Shown here: positions 39,372 to 48,982 of the stretch, one piece after another
How the letters are laid out: every line of letters starts with the position of its first letter
Numbering within the stretch: position 1 is the stretch's first letter
DNA from: an uncultured delta proteobacterium
GTDB taxonomy: Bacteria > Myxococcota_A > UBA9160 > UBA4427
Assembly (NCBI GenBank): GCA_963822965.1
Contig: CAWGJT010000012.1
Location: 352,001-416,000 of the forward strand
Direction of reading: 5' to 3'
DNA: 64,000 bases
Notes under the pieces: generated by a model
Database searches by the model: none
What the model saw: the letters and a program-made list of their open reading frames with translations, nothing else
What the model was told of the DNA's origin: nothing
Made by a program: the position numbers and the translations under genes

Positions 39372-40295
39372 TCACCAGCCCCGGTTGGCGAGGCGCTCGC
39401 TCTCGTCGAGGGTTGCCATCTCGATGCCCGCCATCGCCTCGCCGAGCCCGCGGCAGGCCGCCGCCACCTCTTCGGCGTCCTGCCAGTGGGTGTTGGCGCG
39501 CACGATGGCCCGCGCCCGCACCTGGGGATCGGCGCTCTTGAAGATGCCCGAGCCCACGAAGACGGCCTCGGCGCCCAGCATGCGGCAGAGCGCCGCATCC
39601 GGCGGTGTGGCGATGCCGCCCGCCGCGAAGTTCGGCACCGGCAGCCGGCCGTGCTCGTGCACCCAGCAAACCAGGTCGTAGGGCGCGCCCATCTCCTTGG
39701 CGGCGGCCATCAGCTCCTCGGGCAGCTTCGCCTGCAGCGCGCGGATCTCGCCGCACACGCTCCGTAGGTGCCGGACCGCCTCCACGATGTTGCCGCTTCC
39801 CGCCTCTCCCTTGGTGCGGATCATGGCCGCGCCCTCGCCGATGCGCCGGAGCGCTTCGCCCAGGTTGCGGGCCCCGCACACGAACGGCGAGCGGAAGTCG
39901 TGCTTGGCGATGTGGTGCTCGTCGTCGGCCGGGGTGAGCACCTCGCTCTCGTCGATGAAGTCGACGCCGAGGGCCTCGAGCACCCGGGCCTCGGCCAGGT
40001 GGCCGATGCGCACCTTCGCCATCACCGGGATCGAGACCGACCGCTGGATCTGCTCGATCATCTCCACGGCGCTCATGCGCGCCACGCCGCCGTCGCGCCG
40101 GATGTCCGCCGGCACCCGCTCGAGGGCCATCACCGCGCAGGCCCCCGCCTCCTCGGCGATCTTGGCCTGGGCGGGATCGGTCACGTCCATGATGACGCCG
40201 CCCTTCAGCATCTCGGCAAGCCCCACCTTCAGCTCGAAGGCCTCGGCGGTGGTGCGCGACGATCGGCTCCCGTTCCCGGAGTTCTCTCGTGCCAT
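39372..40295 (-). CDS. pdxS: PLP synthase lyase subunit
   Basis: [36 protein letters not shown]. Confidence 0.97.
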   Translation of the reverse strand: MARENSGNGSRSSRTTAEAFELKVGLAEMLKGGVIMDVTDPAQAKIAEEAGACAVMALERVPADIRRDGGVARMSAVEMIEQIQRSVSIPVMAKVRIGHLAEARVLEALGVDFIDESEVLTPADDEHHIAKHDFRSPFVCGARNLGEALRRIGEGAAMIRTKGEAGSGNIVEAVRHLRSVCGEIRALQAKLPEELMAAAKEMGAPYDLVCWVHEHGRLPVPNFAAGGIATPPDAALCRMLGAEAVFVGSGIFKSADPQVRARAIVRANTHWQDAEEVAAACRGLGEAMAGIEMATLDESERLANRGW

Positions 40296-40370
40296 TTTCG
40301 GTTTCCTTCTCGTTGGATCGTTGGATCGTTGCCCAGATCTCTCGTCGCCCGCGCTGCGCGCGGGCGCGAG

Positions 40371-41862
40371 TCACATGTTGACCGCCGCGGCGCCGAACCC
40401 GTTGCGTCCGATCTCCTGTCTGCGCCGCACGACCTGGCCCAGGATGGCCACGCCGCGTCGGATCTCGCTCTCGTTGGCCTGCGCCAGGGTCAGCCGCAGG
40501 GCACGCGAAGGACCCCGGTCGGCGAAGAACTGCGACCCGGGCGCGAAGAGCACGCCCTCGCGCGCAGCGTCGGCGAGCAGGTCGCGGGTGTCCACCTCGA
40601 AGGGCAGCTCGACCCACACCTGGTAGCCGCCCTCGGGTCGCGTCCACAGCGTCCCTTCGGGCATCTCGCGCTCCAGGGCCTCGAGGATCGCCTCGGGTGC
40701 GCGCGCGCAGGATGCGACGCATGCGGGCCAGGTGCCGGTCGTAGACGCCGGAGCGCACGAACTCCTCGAGGGCCGCCTGCAGCGGCATGGCGTCGGAGAG
40801 GTCGGTGCTGTGCTTGAGGGCCACGAGCGCCTCCAGGGCGCGACCCCGGGCGCTGATCGAGCCCACGCGCGCGCCGGGGAAGAGCGACTTCGAGAACGAG
40901 GACAGGTGCACGACGAGCCCGCGCTCGTCGAGGGCCGCGAGCGGCGGCACGTCGCGGCCCGACGAGCGCAGGTCCATCTCGAAGCCGTCCTCGATCAGGG
41001 GCACGCCGCACCGCGCCGCCACCTCGAGCAGCTGCCGCCGGGCGCCGAGGCTGGTGGTGGTGCCCATGGGATTGTGGAACGTGGGAATCGTGTAGAAGGC
41101 CTTCACGTCGGGCCGGGACAGGGTGCGCTCGAGCTGCTCGAGATCCGGACCGTCGCTGCCGAGGGGAACCGGCGCGGCCCGCAGGCCCAGGGCGACCAGG
41201 GTGGAGAGGACGTTGTGGTAGGTGGGAAGCTCCACCGCGACGGCGTCGCCGGGCTCGGCGAACAGACGCAGCGCGAGGGAGATGCCCTGGCTGGCACCGT
41301 GGCAGAGGACCACCTCGTCCGAGCCGATGCGGCAACCGCTGCGCTCGAAGCGCTCCGCGATCACCTGCCGCAGCCCCGGGTGGCCCTGGGGCGGTCCGTA
41401 CCGGAGCAGGTCGGCACCGTCTCGCGCCATCACGCGCTGCAGGGCGCGCCGGAAGGCGTCGACCGGGTAGAAGGCCGGGTCCGGAATCAGTGAGTGCAGG
41501 GGCACCACGTCGCTTCCCGCCCCGAAGCGGGGACGGGCGTTCTCGTACGCCAGCAGATTCTCGACGGTGGGCGCCAGGCTCACCTCGACGGGCAGACCGG
41601 GGGCGGCGGCCGGCGCGAGACCGCGGACGAAGGTGCCGCGCCCGACCACCGATTCGAGCAGCCCCTCCGTCGCCAGCGCCTCGTAGGCCAGGGCCACGGT
41701 GTCGCGGTTCACGCCGACATCGGCGGCCAGCACCCGGATCGGCGGCAGGCGCGTCCCCGGTCGCAGCGCCCCGGCGTCGATCTCGCCGCGGATGTGCTCC
41801 GCGATCTGGCGGTATACGGGCGGCTGGCCGCGTCCGGGAGATTGGAGGGACGGAAGACGCAT
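40371..41862 (-). CDS. MocR/GabR-family (PdxR-like) regulator with apparent +1 frameshift near 40695
   Basis: GntR HTH plus aminotransferase domain (SFSKSLFPG); C-terminus continues in another frame (EAILEALEREMPEG). Confidence 0.85.
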
Positions 41863-41897
41863 GCGGAACACCTTACCGACCGGCCAATACACCGTCA

Positions 41898-41962
41898 ATC
41901 GGACGTCCGATCATTTGTCCCGTGATTTCGCCAAATTCACCTCCACAATAAACCGGACAATT
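41898..41962. promoter_or_regulatory. Putative MocR-type operator region
   Basis: Perfect 14-bp palindrome ATCGGACGTCCGAT plus TTGTCC...GGACAA inverted pair in an AT-richer patch. Confidence 0.5.
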
Positions 41963-42013
41963 GGCGATTTGACCGGGATCCGGGCCTGCGCTGCGCGATT
42001 CGGTCGCGGGACG

Positions 42014-43309
42014 CTACTCGGTCACAGGCACGGGTGCGGGATCCGGGCCGGTCGCCTGCGGATCACGCTTCCGGATCCCCAGCAGCCGCGCGACGGGAAC
42101 GGCCAGCAGACCCACGCCTCCGGAGAGCAGCGCGCCCATCTTCGCCTGGCCCTGGAGCCCGGGATCGACGTAGGCTGCGGTCGCCACGAAGAGCGCCACC
42201 GTGAGCCCCAGCGCAGCCACGAAGCCCGCCATCACGAGATCCCGGCGGCTCATGCCCACAGGCAGGGTGAACCCGAGGGCCTCGGAGAGGAGACCGAGCG
42301 TCGTCACGCCCAGCGTCTTCCCGACGACGAGGGATCCCAGCACGATCCAGGTCATGGCACCGATGCCGGCGAGCTCGACCCCGGCGTTGGCGAAGGCGAA
42401 GAAGAACAGCCCGAAGTCCACGAAGCCCTTCACCTGGTGCTCGAACACGTGCAGGGGCGAGTGGTTCAGGAGATCGTCCTCCACCGCAGATCCGTCCGGG
42501 GCGCCGCTCACGTCGAACAGGCCCGAGTCCCTGGCCGGTCCGGGGATGAACGGCACCACGAAGGCCAACGCGAGCGCCGGATGGAGGTGGGCCAGGACCA
42601 GCCCGCTCCAGGAGATGGGCCCGGCGATGGCCACGTAGGGCAGCCAACGGCGGACACCCGCGGCCCGCATGCCGTAGGCGAGCGCCATGGCCAGCAGGGC
42701 CAGCAGCAGCCAGGTGGGCTCCGCGGGCTGCACCGGGTCGCCGTAGAAGACGGCGATGATCACGAGCCCGACCGCGTCGTCGGCCACCGCCAGCAGCAGC
42801 AGGAAGACCACCGCCGGGTGTCCCTTGCCGAACACGGCCCGGGCCACGAGCCAGGCCAGGGCGATGTCGGTCGCCGTCGGGATGCCCCAGCCCTTGGCCA
42901 GGAGCGCCCGGTCGTCCAGCTCCGGGGTGTAGATCCCGGCCCCGAAGCAGAACGCGATCGCCGCGAAGAAGAACAGCACGGGACCCACCACCCCGCCCAG
43001 GGTCGCGACGAGGGGGCTCACCGCCTTGGAGATGGGATTGAGCTGGCCGCCCGGCAGCGAGGCCTCGGCGATCTCCTTCGCGGCGATCGCGAAGAAGAAG
43101 ACCATGAAGACCTCGTTCACCAGGAAGTGAAAGGTCAGCGCGTGCCCGAACACCCGCAGCCCACCCAAGGGCTGGAGCTCGAGGATGTGGTGGTAGAGCT
43201 CCGGGTCGGCGTTGGCGGTCAACAGCGCGATGACGACCCCGCCGAGGAGCGGGATCGAGAATTCCTGCAGCAGATTGACGTAGTGACCGCGCGGCCGGTC
43301 CACCGACAC
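42014..43309 (-). CDS. nhaA: Na+/H+ antiporter
   Basis: GWGIPTATDIA, LAVADD, FAFANAGV, GLTVALF. Confidence 0.92.
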   Translation of the reverse strand: MSVDRPRGHYVNLLQEFSIPLLGGVVIALLTANADPELYHHILELQPLGGLRVFGHALTFHFLVNEVFMVFFFAIAAKEIAEASLPGGQLNPISKAVSPLVATLGGVVGPVLFFFAAIAFCFGAGIYTPELDDRALLAKGWGIPTATDIALAWLVARAVFGKGHPAVVFLLLLAVADDAVGLVIIAVFYGDPVQPAEPTWLLLALLAMALAYGMRAAGVRRWLPYVAIAGPISWSGLVLAHLHPALALAFVVPFIPGPARDSGLFDVSGAPDGSAVEDDLLNHSPLHVFEHQVKGFVDFGLFFFAFANAGVELAGIGAMTWIVLGSLVVGKTLGVTTLGLLSEALGFTLPVGMSRRDLVMAGFVAALGLTVALFVATAAYVDPGLQGQAKMGALLSGGVGLLAVPVARLLGIRKRDPQATGPDPAPVPVTE

Positions 43310-43478
43310 CTCTCGAAACCATCGACGGGTAACCCACCCCGGGTCGACAGTCCACGAGACTTTCCACGGCCCGATCCCGCTGGAATGGACGCTCAGAGCC
43401 CCATTCGGCCCGCGGGCCCTCCCCTGTGCCGCTCGCGATACGCCTCGCGCGACGCGGGGCCGCCCCGGAGGCGGCCGG

Positions 43479-44450
43479 TCAGATCAGCTTGCGCAGGCGC
43501 TTGAAGCCGTCCCGTACCTCATCCATCAGGACCTCGGCCGCGGAGGCGACGTCCTCGGCCGCGTCGCGCGCCTCGTTGGCCAGCACCTTCACCTTGCCCT
43601 CGAGCTGCTGCCACTTGCCCTCGACCTCGTCCCAGGTATCCCGCGCGTCCTTCTTGCCGAGATCGAGCTGCACCCGGATCTCGTCGCGCCGCTGCTTCAG
43701 CTTCTCGAATTCGTCGTGCATCCGATTCTGCGTGTCCGACATGCTGGTCTCCTTCATCACAGGGCCCGCCCCTAGCTTCGACCTCGGGCCCGGGGTGTCA
43801 AGGGCGCGGGCCGATCCGGCGGGCTCGACGGCGCCGTCGGCCCGGTTGTAGCGGTCCATGGCGACCACGGGGCCGTCCCGAAGGAACGCGGCCGCCGCCG
43901 CTGAGGCGATCGGGACCCGCTCCGCGAGCACCCGCTCCTCTTCGCGCGAGAATGCGTCGAGCACGAAGTCGATCACGCCAGGCGACCCAGGCGACCCCGA
44001 GGACTCGTCCGGCCTTCCGATCCCGAAGCGCAGGCGCGCGAACTCCTTCGTCCCCAGGCACTCGATCACGCTCGCCATGCCGTTGTGCCCGCCCGCGCCG
44101 CCGCGCGGGCGAAGGCGGATGCGGCCGAGGGGCAGGTCGAGATCGTCGCAGACGACGAGAAGCTCGCGGGCGGGGTCGGTCTCGAGCGCCGCCGCCGCGC
44201 GGGCCACCGACTCGCCCGAGCGGTTCATGAAGGTGGTGGGCTCGAGGAACGCCAGCGGCTCGGCGCCCTGCTCGAATCCGGCGTCCTGCTCCACCGGCAC
44301 GAAGCCCTGGGCGTAGAGCCCCTGGAATCGCTCCTCCAGGATCTCGACGCCCTGGCTTCGAGCCAGCTCGTCCACGATGCGGAAGCCCACGTTGTGCCGG
44401 GACGCCGCGTAGCGCGGCCCTGGATTCCCCAGCCCGACGACGAGCTTCAC
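43479..44450 (-). CDS. pth: Peptidyl-tRNA hydrolase, in frame with a downstream 87-aa coiled-coil ORF (43479-43742)
   Basis: GLGNPG, RHNVGF, FMNRSG, GGHNG, RLRFGIG; internal AAGGAG RBS plus ATG at 43742. Confidence 0.88.
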   Translation of the reverse strand: MKLVVGLGNPGPRYAASRHNVGFRIVDELARSQGVEILEERFQGLYAQGFVPVEQDAGFEQGAEPLAFLEPTTFMNRSGESVARAAAALETDPARELLVVCDDLDLPLGRIRLRPRGGAGGHNGMASVIECLGTKEFARLRFGIGRPDESSGSPGSPGVIDFVLDAFSREEERVLAERVPIASAAAAAFLRDGPVVAMDRYNRADGAVEPAGSARALDTPGPRSKLGAGPVMKETSMSDTQNRMHDEFEKLKQRRDEIRVQLDLGKKDARDTWDEVEGKWQQLEGKVKVLANEARDAAEDVASAAEVLMDEVRDGFKRLRKLI

Positions 44451-45109
44451 GACTCCTTGTCTTCCCCTTCGGGCTCGCCCGGCTCGGCCTCGGCCGGGGC
44501 GGCGACGCCCTCGCCCAGGGTGGGCTCGGCGGCAGCCTCCTCCTCGAGGCGCGGCGCACCCACCGACACCACGGCGGTGTCGGCCTGGGTGTGGAGCTCG
44601 ACGCCCGCGGGCAGGTTCAGCTCGGCGACGTGGATCGAGTCGCCGATGTCGAGGGCGGACACGTCCACCAGGATCTCGTCGGGAATCGCCCGCGGCAGAC
44701 AGTCGAGCTCGAGCACGCGCAGGGCATGGTCGAGCAGACCGCCCATGGTGACGCCCGGGGCGGTACCGGTCAGGTGGATCGGCACCGAGACGCGGATGCG
44801 CTCGTCCGGATCCACCTCGAAGAGATCCGCATGCACCAGGTCCCCGCGCACGGGCTCCCGCTGCAGGTCCTTCACCAGCACCGTGCGACCGGACACCTCT
44901 TGCGGCCCGGTGAGGTCGATCAGCGTGTTGACCCCCGCATGGCTGGTGTGGATGAGCCGATCCAGCTCCCGGGGATCCAGCGAGATGGCAACCGAGGCGA
45001 GCTCGCTCCCGTACACCACCGCCGGGATGCGTCCCGCGGCCCGCAGCCTGCGGGCGACGCCCTTGCCGGTTTCCTTCCTGATCTCGACTGTCAGCGGAAT
45101 CTCGCCCAT
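44447..45109 (-). CDS. rplY: 50S ribosomal protein L25/Ctc
   Basis: GKGVARRLRAAGRIPAVVYG, HADLF, LDIGDSIHV. Confidence 0.95.
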   Translation of the reverse strand: MGEIPLTVEIRKETGKGVARRLRAAGRIPAVVYGSELASVAISLDPRELDRLIHTSHAGVNTLIDLTGPQEVSGRTVLVKDLQREPVRGDLVHADLFEVDPDERIRVSVPIHLTGTAPGVTMGGLLDHALRVLELDCLPRAIPDEILVDVSALDIGDSIHVAELNLPAGVELHTQADTAVVSVGAPRLEEEAAAEPTLGEGVAAPAEAEPGEPEGEDKES

Positions 45110-45156
45110 GGGTTTCTCCTGGATGGTGGAATGGAGCTCGAAGGAGCTCGGACGAC

Positions 45157-46086
45157 TCACACGAAGAGCGAGCTCACGCTCTCTTCGTTGTTGATGCGAC
45201 GGATCGCCTCGCCCAGCAGGCGTGCGACCGACACGACGTGGATCTTCTCCCGGTCCGCCGCCTCGGCGCGCAGGGGAATGGTATCCGTGACGATGATCTC
45301 GCGAATCGGCGACTCGGCGATGCGCTTCTGTGCGGGGCCGGAGAGTACCGGATGCGTGATGGCCGCGTACACCGAATTCGCGCCATGGTCCACCAGGCTG
45401 CGCCCTGCCTCGCACAGGGTACCCGCCGTATCGACCATGTCGTCGACGATCACGCAGTCGCGCCCTTCCACGTTGCCGATGATGTTCATTACCTGGGCCG
45501 TGTTCGGGGCCTCTCGACGCTTGTCGATCATGGCCAGACTGGCCCCGAGGCGCTTCGCGTAGGCCCGGGCCCGCTCGGCGCCCCCGGCGTCGGGGGACAC
45601 GATGGTCAGGTCCCGGGGGAAGCGCTGGGTGATGGCGTCCAGGAGGAGCGGCGTCGCGAACAGGTTGTCGACGGGAATGTTGAAGAAGCCCTGGATCTGG
45701 CCGGCGTGGAGGTCCATGCAGAGCACGCGATCCGTGCCGGCCACGGAGAGCAGATCCGCGACGAGCTTCGCGGTAATGGGCACCCGGGGCTTGGTCTTGC
45801 GGTCCTGGCGCGCATAGCCGTAGTAGGGGATCACCGCCGTGATGCGCCGGGCCGACGACCGGCGGAGCGCATCGATCATGATGAGCAGCTCCATCAGGTG
45901 CGTGTTGGCAGGTGCGCAGATCGACTGGAGGGCGAACGTGTCCATCCCGCGGACGTTCTCGCCGAGCTCCACGCAGCACTCCCCGTCGCTGAACGTCCCC
46001 ACTTCGGCCTGGCCGAGGGGAATGTCCAGATAGCTCGCCACGTCGCGGGCGAGAGGAATGTTGGAGTTGCCGGAGAAGAGCTTCAT
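45157..46086 (-). CDS. prs: Ribose-phosphate pyrophosphokinase
   Basis: [43 protein letters not shown]. Confidence 0.97.
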   Translation of the reverse strand: MKLFSGNSNIPLARDVASYLDIPLGQAEVGTFSDGECCVELGENVRGMDTFALQSICAPANTHLMELLIMIDALRRSSARRITAVIPYYGYARQDRKTKPRVPITAKLVADLLSVAGTDRVLCMDLHAGQIQGFFNIPVDNLFATPLLLDAITQRFPRDLTIVSPDAGGAERARAYAKRLGASLAMIDKRREAPNTAQVMNIIGNVEGRDCVIVDDMVDTAGTLCEAGRSLVDHGANSVYAAITHPVLSGPAQKRIAESPIREIIVTDTIPLRAEAADREKIHVVSVARLLGEAIRRINNEESVSSLFV

Positions 46087-46128
46087 GGGTCTCGGGTCTG
46101 GAGGGGGGCGCCTGGTGGCTCCTGGATT

Positions 46129-46277
46129 CGGGCTGGCTGGGGCGGCAGGACTCGAACCTGCCTCGTCGCTGGGTGGCTCCTCAGTGCGGGCTGGCTGGGG
46201 CGGCAGGACTCGAACCTGCCTCGTCGCTGGGTGGCTCCTCAGTGCGGGCTGGCTGGGGCGGCAGGACTCGAACCTGC
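46129..46277 (-). repeat. 58-bp tandem repeat containing tRNA-Gln 3' half
   Basis: GGCAGGACTCGAACC recurs at 46144, 46202, 46260. Confidence 0.92.
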
Positions 46278-46324
46278 AATAGGCGGCTTCAAAGGCCGCT
46301 GCCTTACCATTTGGCGACGCCCCA
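46250..46324 (-). tRNA. tRNA-Gln (TTG)
   Basis: TGGGGCG...TGGTAAGGC...CTTTGAA...GGTTCGAGTCC...CGCCCCAGCCA; typical ispE-tRNA-prs position. Confidence 0.96.
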
Positions 46325-46427
46325 GAGCTCCCGTTCTGCCGAACCGGCCGTTTGCTTCCGCTGCTCGTCTTGCTCGCCGTCTCTCGCTTCTCTCGTCCTT
46401 GCGCGCCTGTCCGGCTCGTTGCGTTCG

Positions 46428-47399
46428 TCAGGGCGTTCTTCGCGGAAGGGGGCCCGTCTGCACCCGGGTCACGCAGCTCCAGGTCGTCGGGTCGAAGCCC
46501 GCCCGGCTCTGCGCGGCGAGCGCTGCTGCTTCCGTTTCGAACACCCCGTAGACGGTGGCACCGCTGCCCGACATCCCGGCGAACAGCGCCCCGGCGGCGC
46601 GCAGCCGGTCCCGAAGCCGGGCCACCGGGGGACACAGGCGAATCGCGGCCGCCTCCAGGTCGTTCCGGAGCGCGGAGAGACGGCTCGGGGCGTCCGGGTC
46701 TCGGGCCGGCTCCAGGAGCGCCCGCATCGTAGAACGGGGGTCTTCCGAGGTCAAACCCTCGGAATCGCTGGGGGAGCGGCCCCCGAGAGCGTCGTAGAGC
46801 CGGAACACCGCCGCGGTCGGGAGGGCGATTCCGGGGTTGGCGAGCAGCACCGGGAGCCCCGGGATACCCTCGACGGGCTCGATCTGCTCGCCGATGCCCC
46901 GGACCCGAGCCGGCCGCGGGTCCAGGAAGAAGGGCACGTCCGCGCCGAGCGCCAGGGCGATGCGAGAGAGCTCCCCGGGTGGCGGGCCGCCCGGCAGCAG
47001 CTCCGCCAGGCCTCGCAGCACGGCGCCGGCGTCGCTCGAGCCGCCCCCCAGGCCCGCCGCCGCGGGAACCCGCTTGCGGAGTCGGATGCCAACCCGGGAT
47101 ACGCCTCGACCGACCCGGGCGCCGGCCGGGCAATCGAGGAAGGCCCGGGCGGCGCGCACGGCCAGGTTCGAGGCATCCGCCGGCACCGACCCGGCACCCT
47201 TCGGCGCCGCTCGATCCGCCACCAGCTCGAGCTCGATCCGCGGCGGCATCTCGCCCTCTCCCCGGTCGATGCGGATCTCGACGTCGTCGGCGAGCTCCAA
47301 CGGGACGAAGAGGCTGTCCAACAGGTGATATCCGTCGCTGCGCCGACCGACGACGCGGAGCCCGAGGTTCAGCTTGGCCGGGGCCGCGCATGCCAGCAT
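46428..47399 (-). CDS. ispE: 4-diphosphocytidyl-2-C-methyl-D-erythritol kinase
   Basis: [35 protein letters not shown]. Confidence 0.95.
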   Translation of the reverse strand: MLACAAPAKLNLGLRVVGRRSDGYHLLDSLFVPLELADDVEIRIDRGEGEMPPRIELELVADRAAPKGAGSVPADASNLAVRAARAFLDCPAGARVGRGVSRVGIRLRKRVPAAAGLGGGSSDAGAVLRGLAELLPGGPPPGELSRIALALGADVPFFLDPRPARVRGIGEQIEPVEGIPGLPVLLANPGIALPTAAVFRLYDALGGRSPSDSEGLTSEDPRSTMRALLEPARDPDAPSRLSALRNDLEAAAIRLCPPVARLRDRLRAAGALFAGMSGSGATVYGVFETEAAALAAQSRAGFDPTTWSCVTRVQTGPLPRRTP

Positions 47400-47457
47400 C
47401 GCGTCCCCTCCACCACCGCCCACGGCCCCGCGATCCACGTGCGCTCCGAACGGATCG

Positions 47458-47748
47458 CTAGCCGCGAACCTTGACGAACTGCATGCGCAGCTCGTAGAGG
47501 AGGCTGTCGAGGAGCTTCCGCTCTTCCTCGTCGAGGTTGCCCCGGGTCTTCTCGCGAAGCATCTCGAGGCTGTCGATGGTCTGCTGGGCGAGCAGGCGGT
47601 CGGGCGCGTCGACGCGATCGCCGTCCGGCCCCGGGACGAGCCCCATCTGGTAGAGGGCGGAAGTCGAGAGGGACAGGACGAAGGTCGAGAAGTCGATCTT
47701 CGACAGCTTCCCTCCGTCGGTCTTCGAAGGCTGCGGTGCATCCGGCAT
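47458..47748 (-). CDS. DUF1844 family protein
   Basis: FSTFVLSL, AQQTIDSLEMLREKTRGNL..EE, LRMQFV. Confidence 0.85.
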   Translation of the reverse strand: MPDAPQPSKTDGGKLSKIDFSTFVLSLSTSALYQMGLVPGPDGDRVDAPDRLLAQQTIDSLEMLREKTRGNLDEEERKLLDSLLYELRMQFVKVRG

Positions 47749-47749
47749 G

Positions 47750-48490
47750 TCAGACCTGCTCCCCGGCAGCTCCGGCGGCTCCCCCTCCGGCACTGCCCCG
47801 GCTTTCGTCTCCCCGGGTCTCGCCCGGCTCCGTGTCGGCCGCCGGCCCGGCGGCGTGGCCAGCACGCTGCCCCGGTCCCGACTCGCTGCCCTCGACGGCC
47901 TGGGACCGATCGAAATCCCCCAGCCCACGCCAGGCTGCGGCCATCCGCTGACCCGCCGTGAGGGTGGTGCCTGCGGCGAGGACCCACAAGGCCGGCACCA
48001 TCATGCCGAAGAGGCCGCCGGCCGCCAGCAGTCCCACGCGCTCCCCGCGCTCGAGCAGGCCGCCCGGGAGGTGCGGAATCATGAGCTCCGCCCGGGCCTT
48101 CGCGTAGGAGGTGACGATGCTGCTCACGAGCACGACGGCCGCCAGCAGCTGGGGAAGCCCCTCGTCCTGCCGGCCGTAGTGGATCACCAACCCGAGCATC
48201 AAGGCCATGTCGACGACCCGATCCAGGGTCGAATCGAGGAAGGCCCCGAAGCTCGTCGAGATGCCGAAGCGGCGCGCGACCACGCCGTCGACCAGGTCGA
48301 AGAAGCCGCCCGCGAGCATCACCAGCGCGCCCGCCCGCAGGTGGCCTTCCGCGAACGCCCAGGCCGCCCCGAGCGAGACCGCGGTCCCCGCGACTGTCAG
48401 CCAGTTCGGATCGAGGCGGCGCGTGAACAGGAACGGAAAGGCGCGCTGGATCCATCCGTCCAGGTGCTGGCCGAGCTTCTCCTTGATCAC
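47750..48490 (-). CDS. CDP-alcohol phosphatidyltransferase
   Basis: PNWLT, DLVDGVVAR...GAFLDSTLDR, SYAKARAE, ERGER. Confidence 0.9.
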   Translation of the reverse strand: MIKEKLGQHLDGWIQRAFPFLFTRRLDPNWLTVAGTAVSLGAAWAFAEGHLRAGALVMLAGGFFDLVDGVVARRFGISTSFGAFLDSTLDRVVDMALMLGLVIHYGRQDEGLPQLLAAVVLVSSIVTSYAKARAELMIPHLPGGLLERGERVGLLAAGGLFGMMVPALWVLAAGTTLTAGQRMAAAWRGLGDFDRSQAVEGSESGPGQRAGHAAGPAADTEPGETRGDESRGSAGGGAAGAAGEQV

Positions 48491-48613
48491 GGCGGCGAGG
48501 GCGAGTTGATCACGGCGGCGAGGGCGAGTCGATCACGGCGGCGAGGCAGAGTCGATCACGGCGGCGAGGCAGAGTCGATCACGGCGGCGAGGCAGAGTCG
48601 ATCACGGCGGCGA
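48485..48613. repeat. 23-bp tandem repeat, about 5.6 copies
   Basis: GATCACGGCGGCGAGG(GC/CA)GAGT(T/C) starting at 48485, 48508, 48531, 48554, 48577, 48600. Confidence 0.95.
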
Positions 48614-48660
48614 AGGAGAGCCCGTGCTCGGACGTCCGGCCCCGCTGGACCGGACGAGCC

Positions 48661-48843
48661 TCAGGCTCCCGTCTCCGGACCGGCGGGTCGTGACTCGGAC
48701 GCTTCCTCGTCCTTCGGGGCGATCTTGTCGGACACATCGGGCAGGGCCTCGAGGGCTTGCTCGAGCTCTTCCGGCGCGATCCAGCCCCGACGCTGGATGA
48801 GCCGACGGTCGACGCGCAGCTTGCTGATCGTTTCGCGATCCAT
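48661..48843 (-). CDS. Small hypothetical protein
   Basis: GGAG RBS; DRRLIQRRGWI..EELEQALEALPDVSDK. Confidence 0.65.
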   Translation of the reverse strand: MDRETISKLRVDRRLIQRRGWIAPEELEQALEALPDVSDKIAPKDEEASESRPAGPETGA

Positions 48844-48910
48844 GGCGATCTCCGTCATGATGCAGGGTTTCGGGGTTCTGATGAGGGAACGGGCGGCGAA
48901 CCTTAGCAAA

Positions 48911-48939
48911 TTGACACGTCCGGGCGGGGTGAGTAGCGT
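48911..48939 (+). promoter_or_regulatory. Sigma70-type promoter for bamD operon
   Basis: TTGACA-17 bp-TAGCGT. Confidence 0.6.
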
Positions 48940-48982
48940 CGCGTCGAGTCAAGCGAGCCAAGAGAGGTAGAGAGGTCCCCGG

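Noticed and set aside
40690..40700. Programmed frameshift in the MocR regulator
   Set aside because: No slippery site; one of three single-base indels in the window, consistent with sequencing error
43310..43478. nhaA-type riboswitch upstream of nhaA
   Set aside because: A hairpin and TCGGGCCG are present, but I cannot match the consensus without a covariance search
46129..46249. Integrated prophage/island at tRNA-Gln, or extra tRNA genes
   Set aside because: No integrase or cargo; the copies lack D and anticodon arms
48485..48613. CRISPR array
   Set aside because: Units are contiguous with no unique spacers, and no cas genes are in the window
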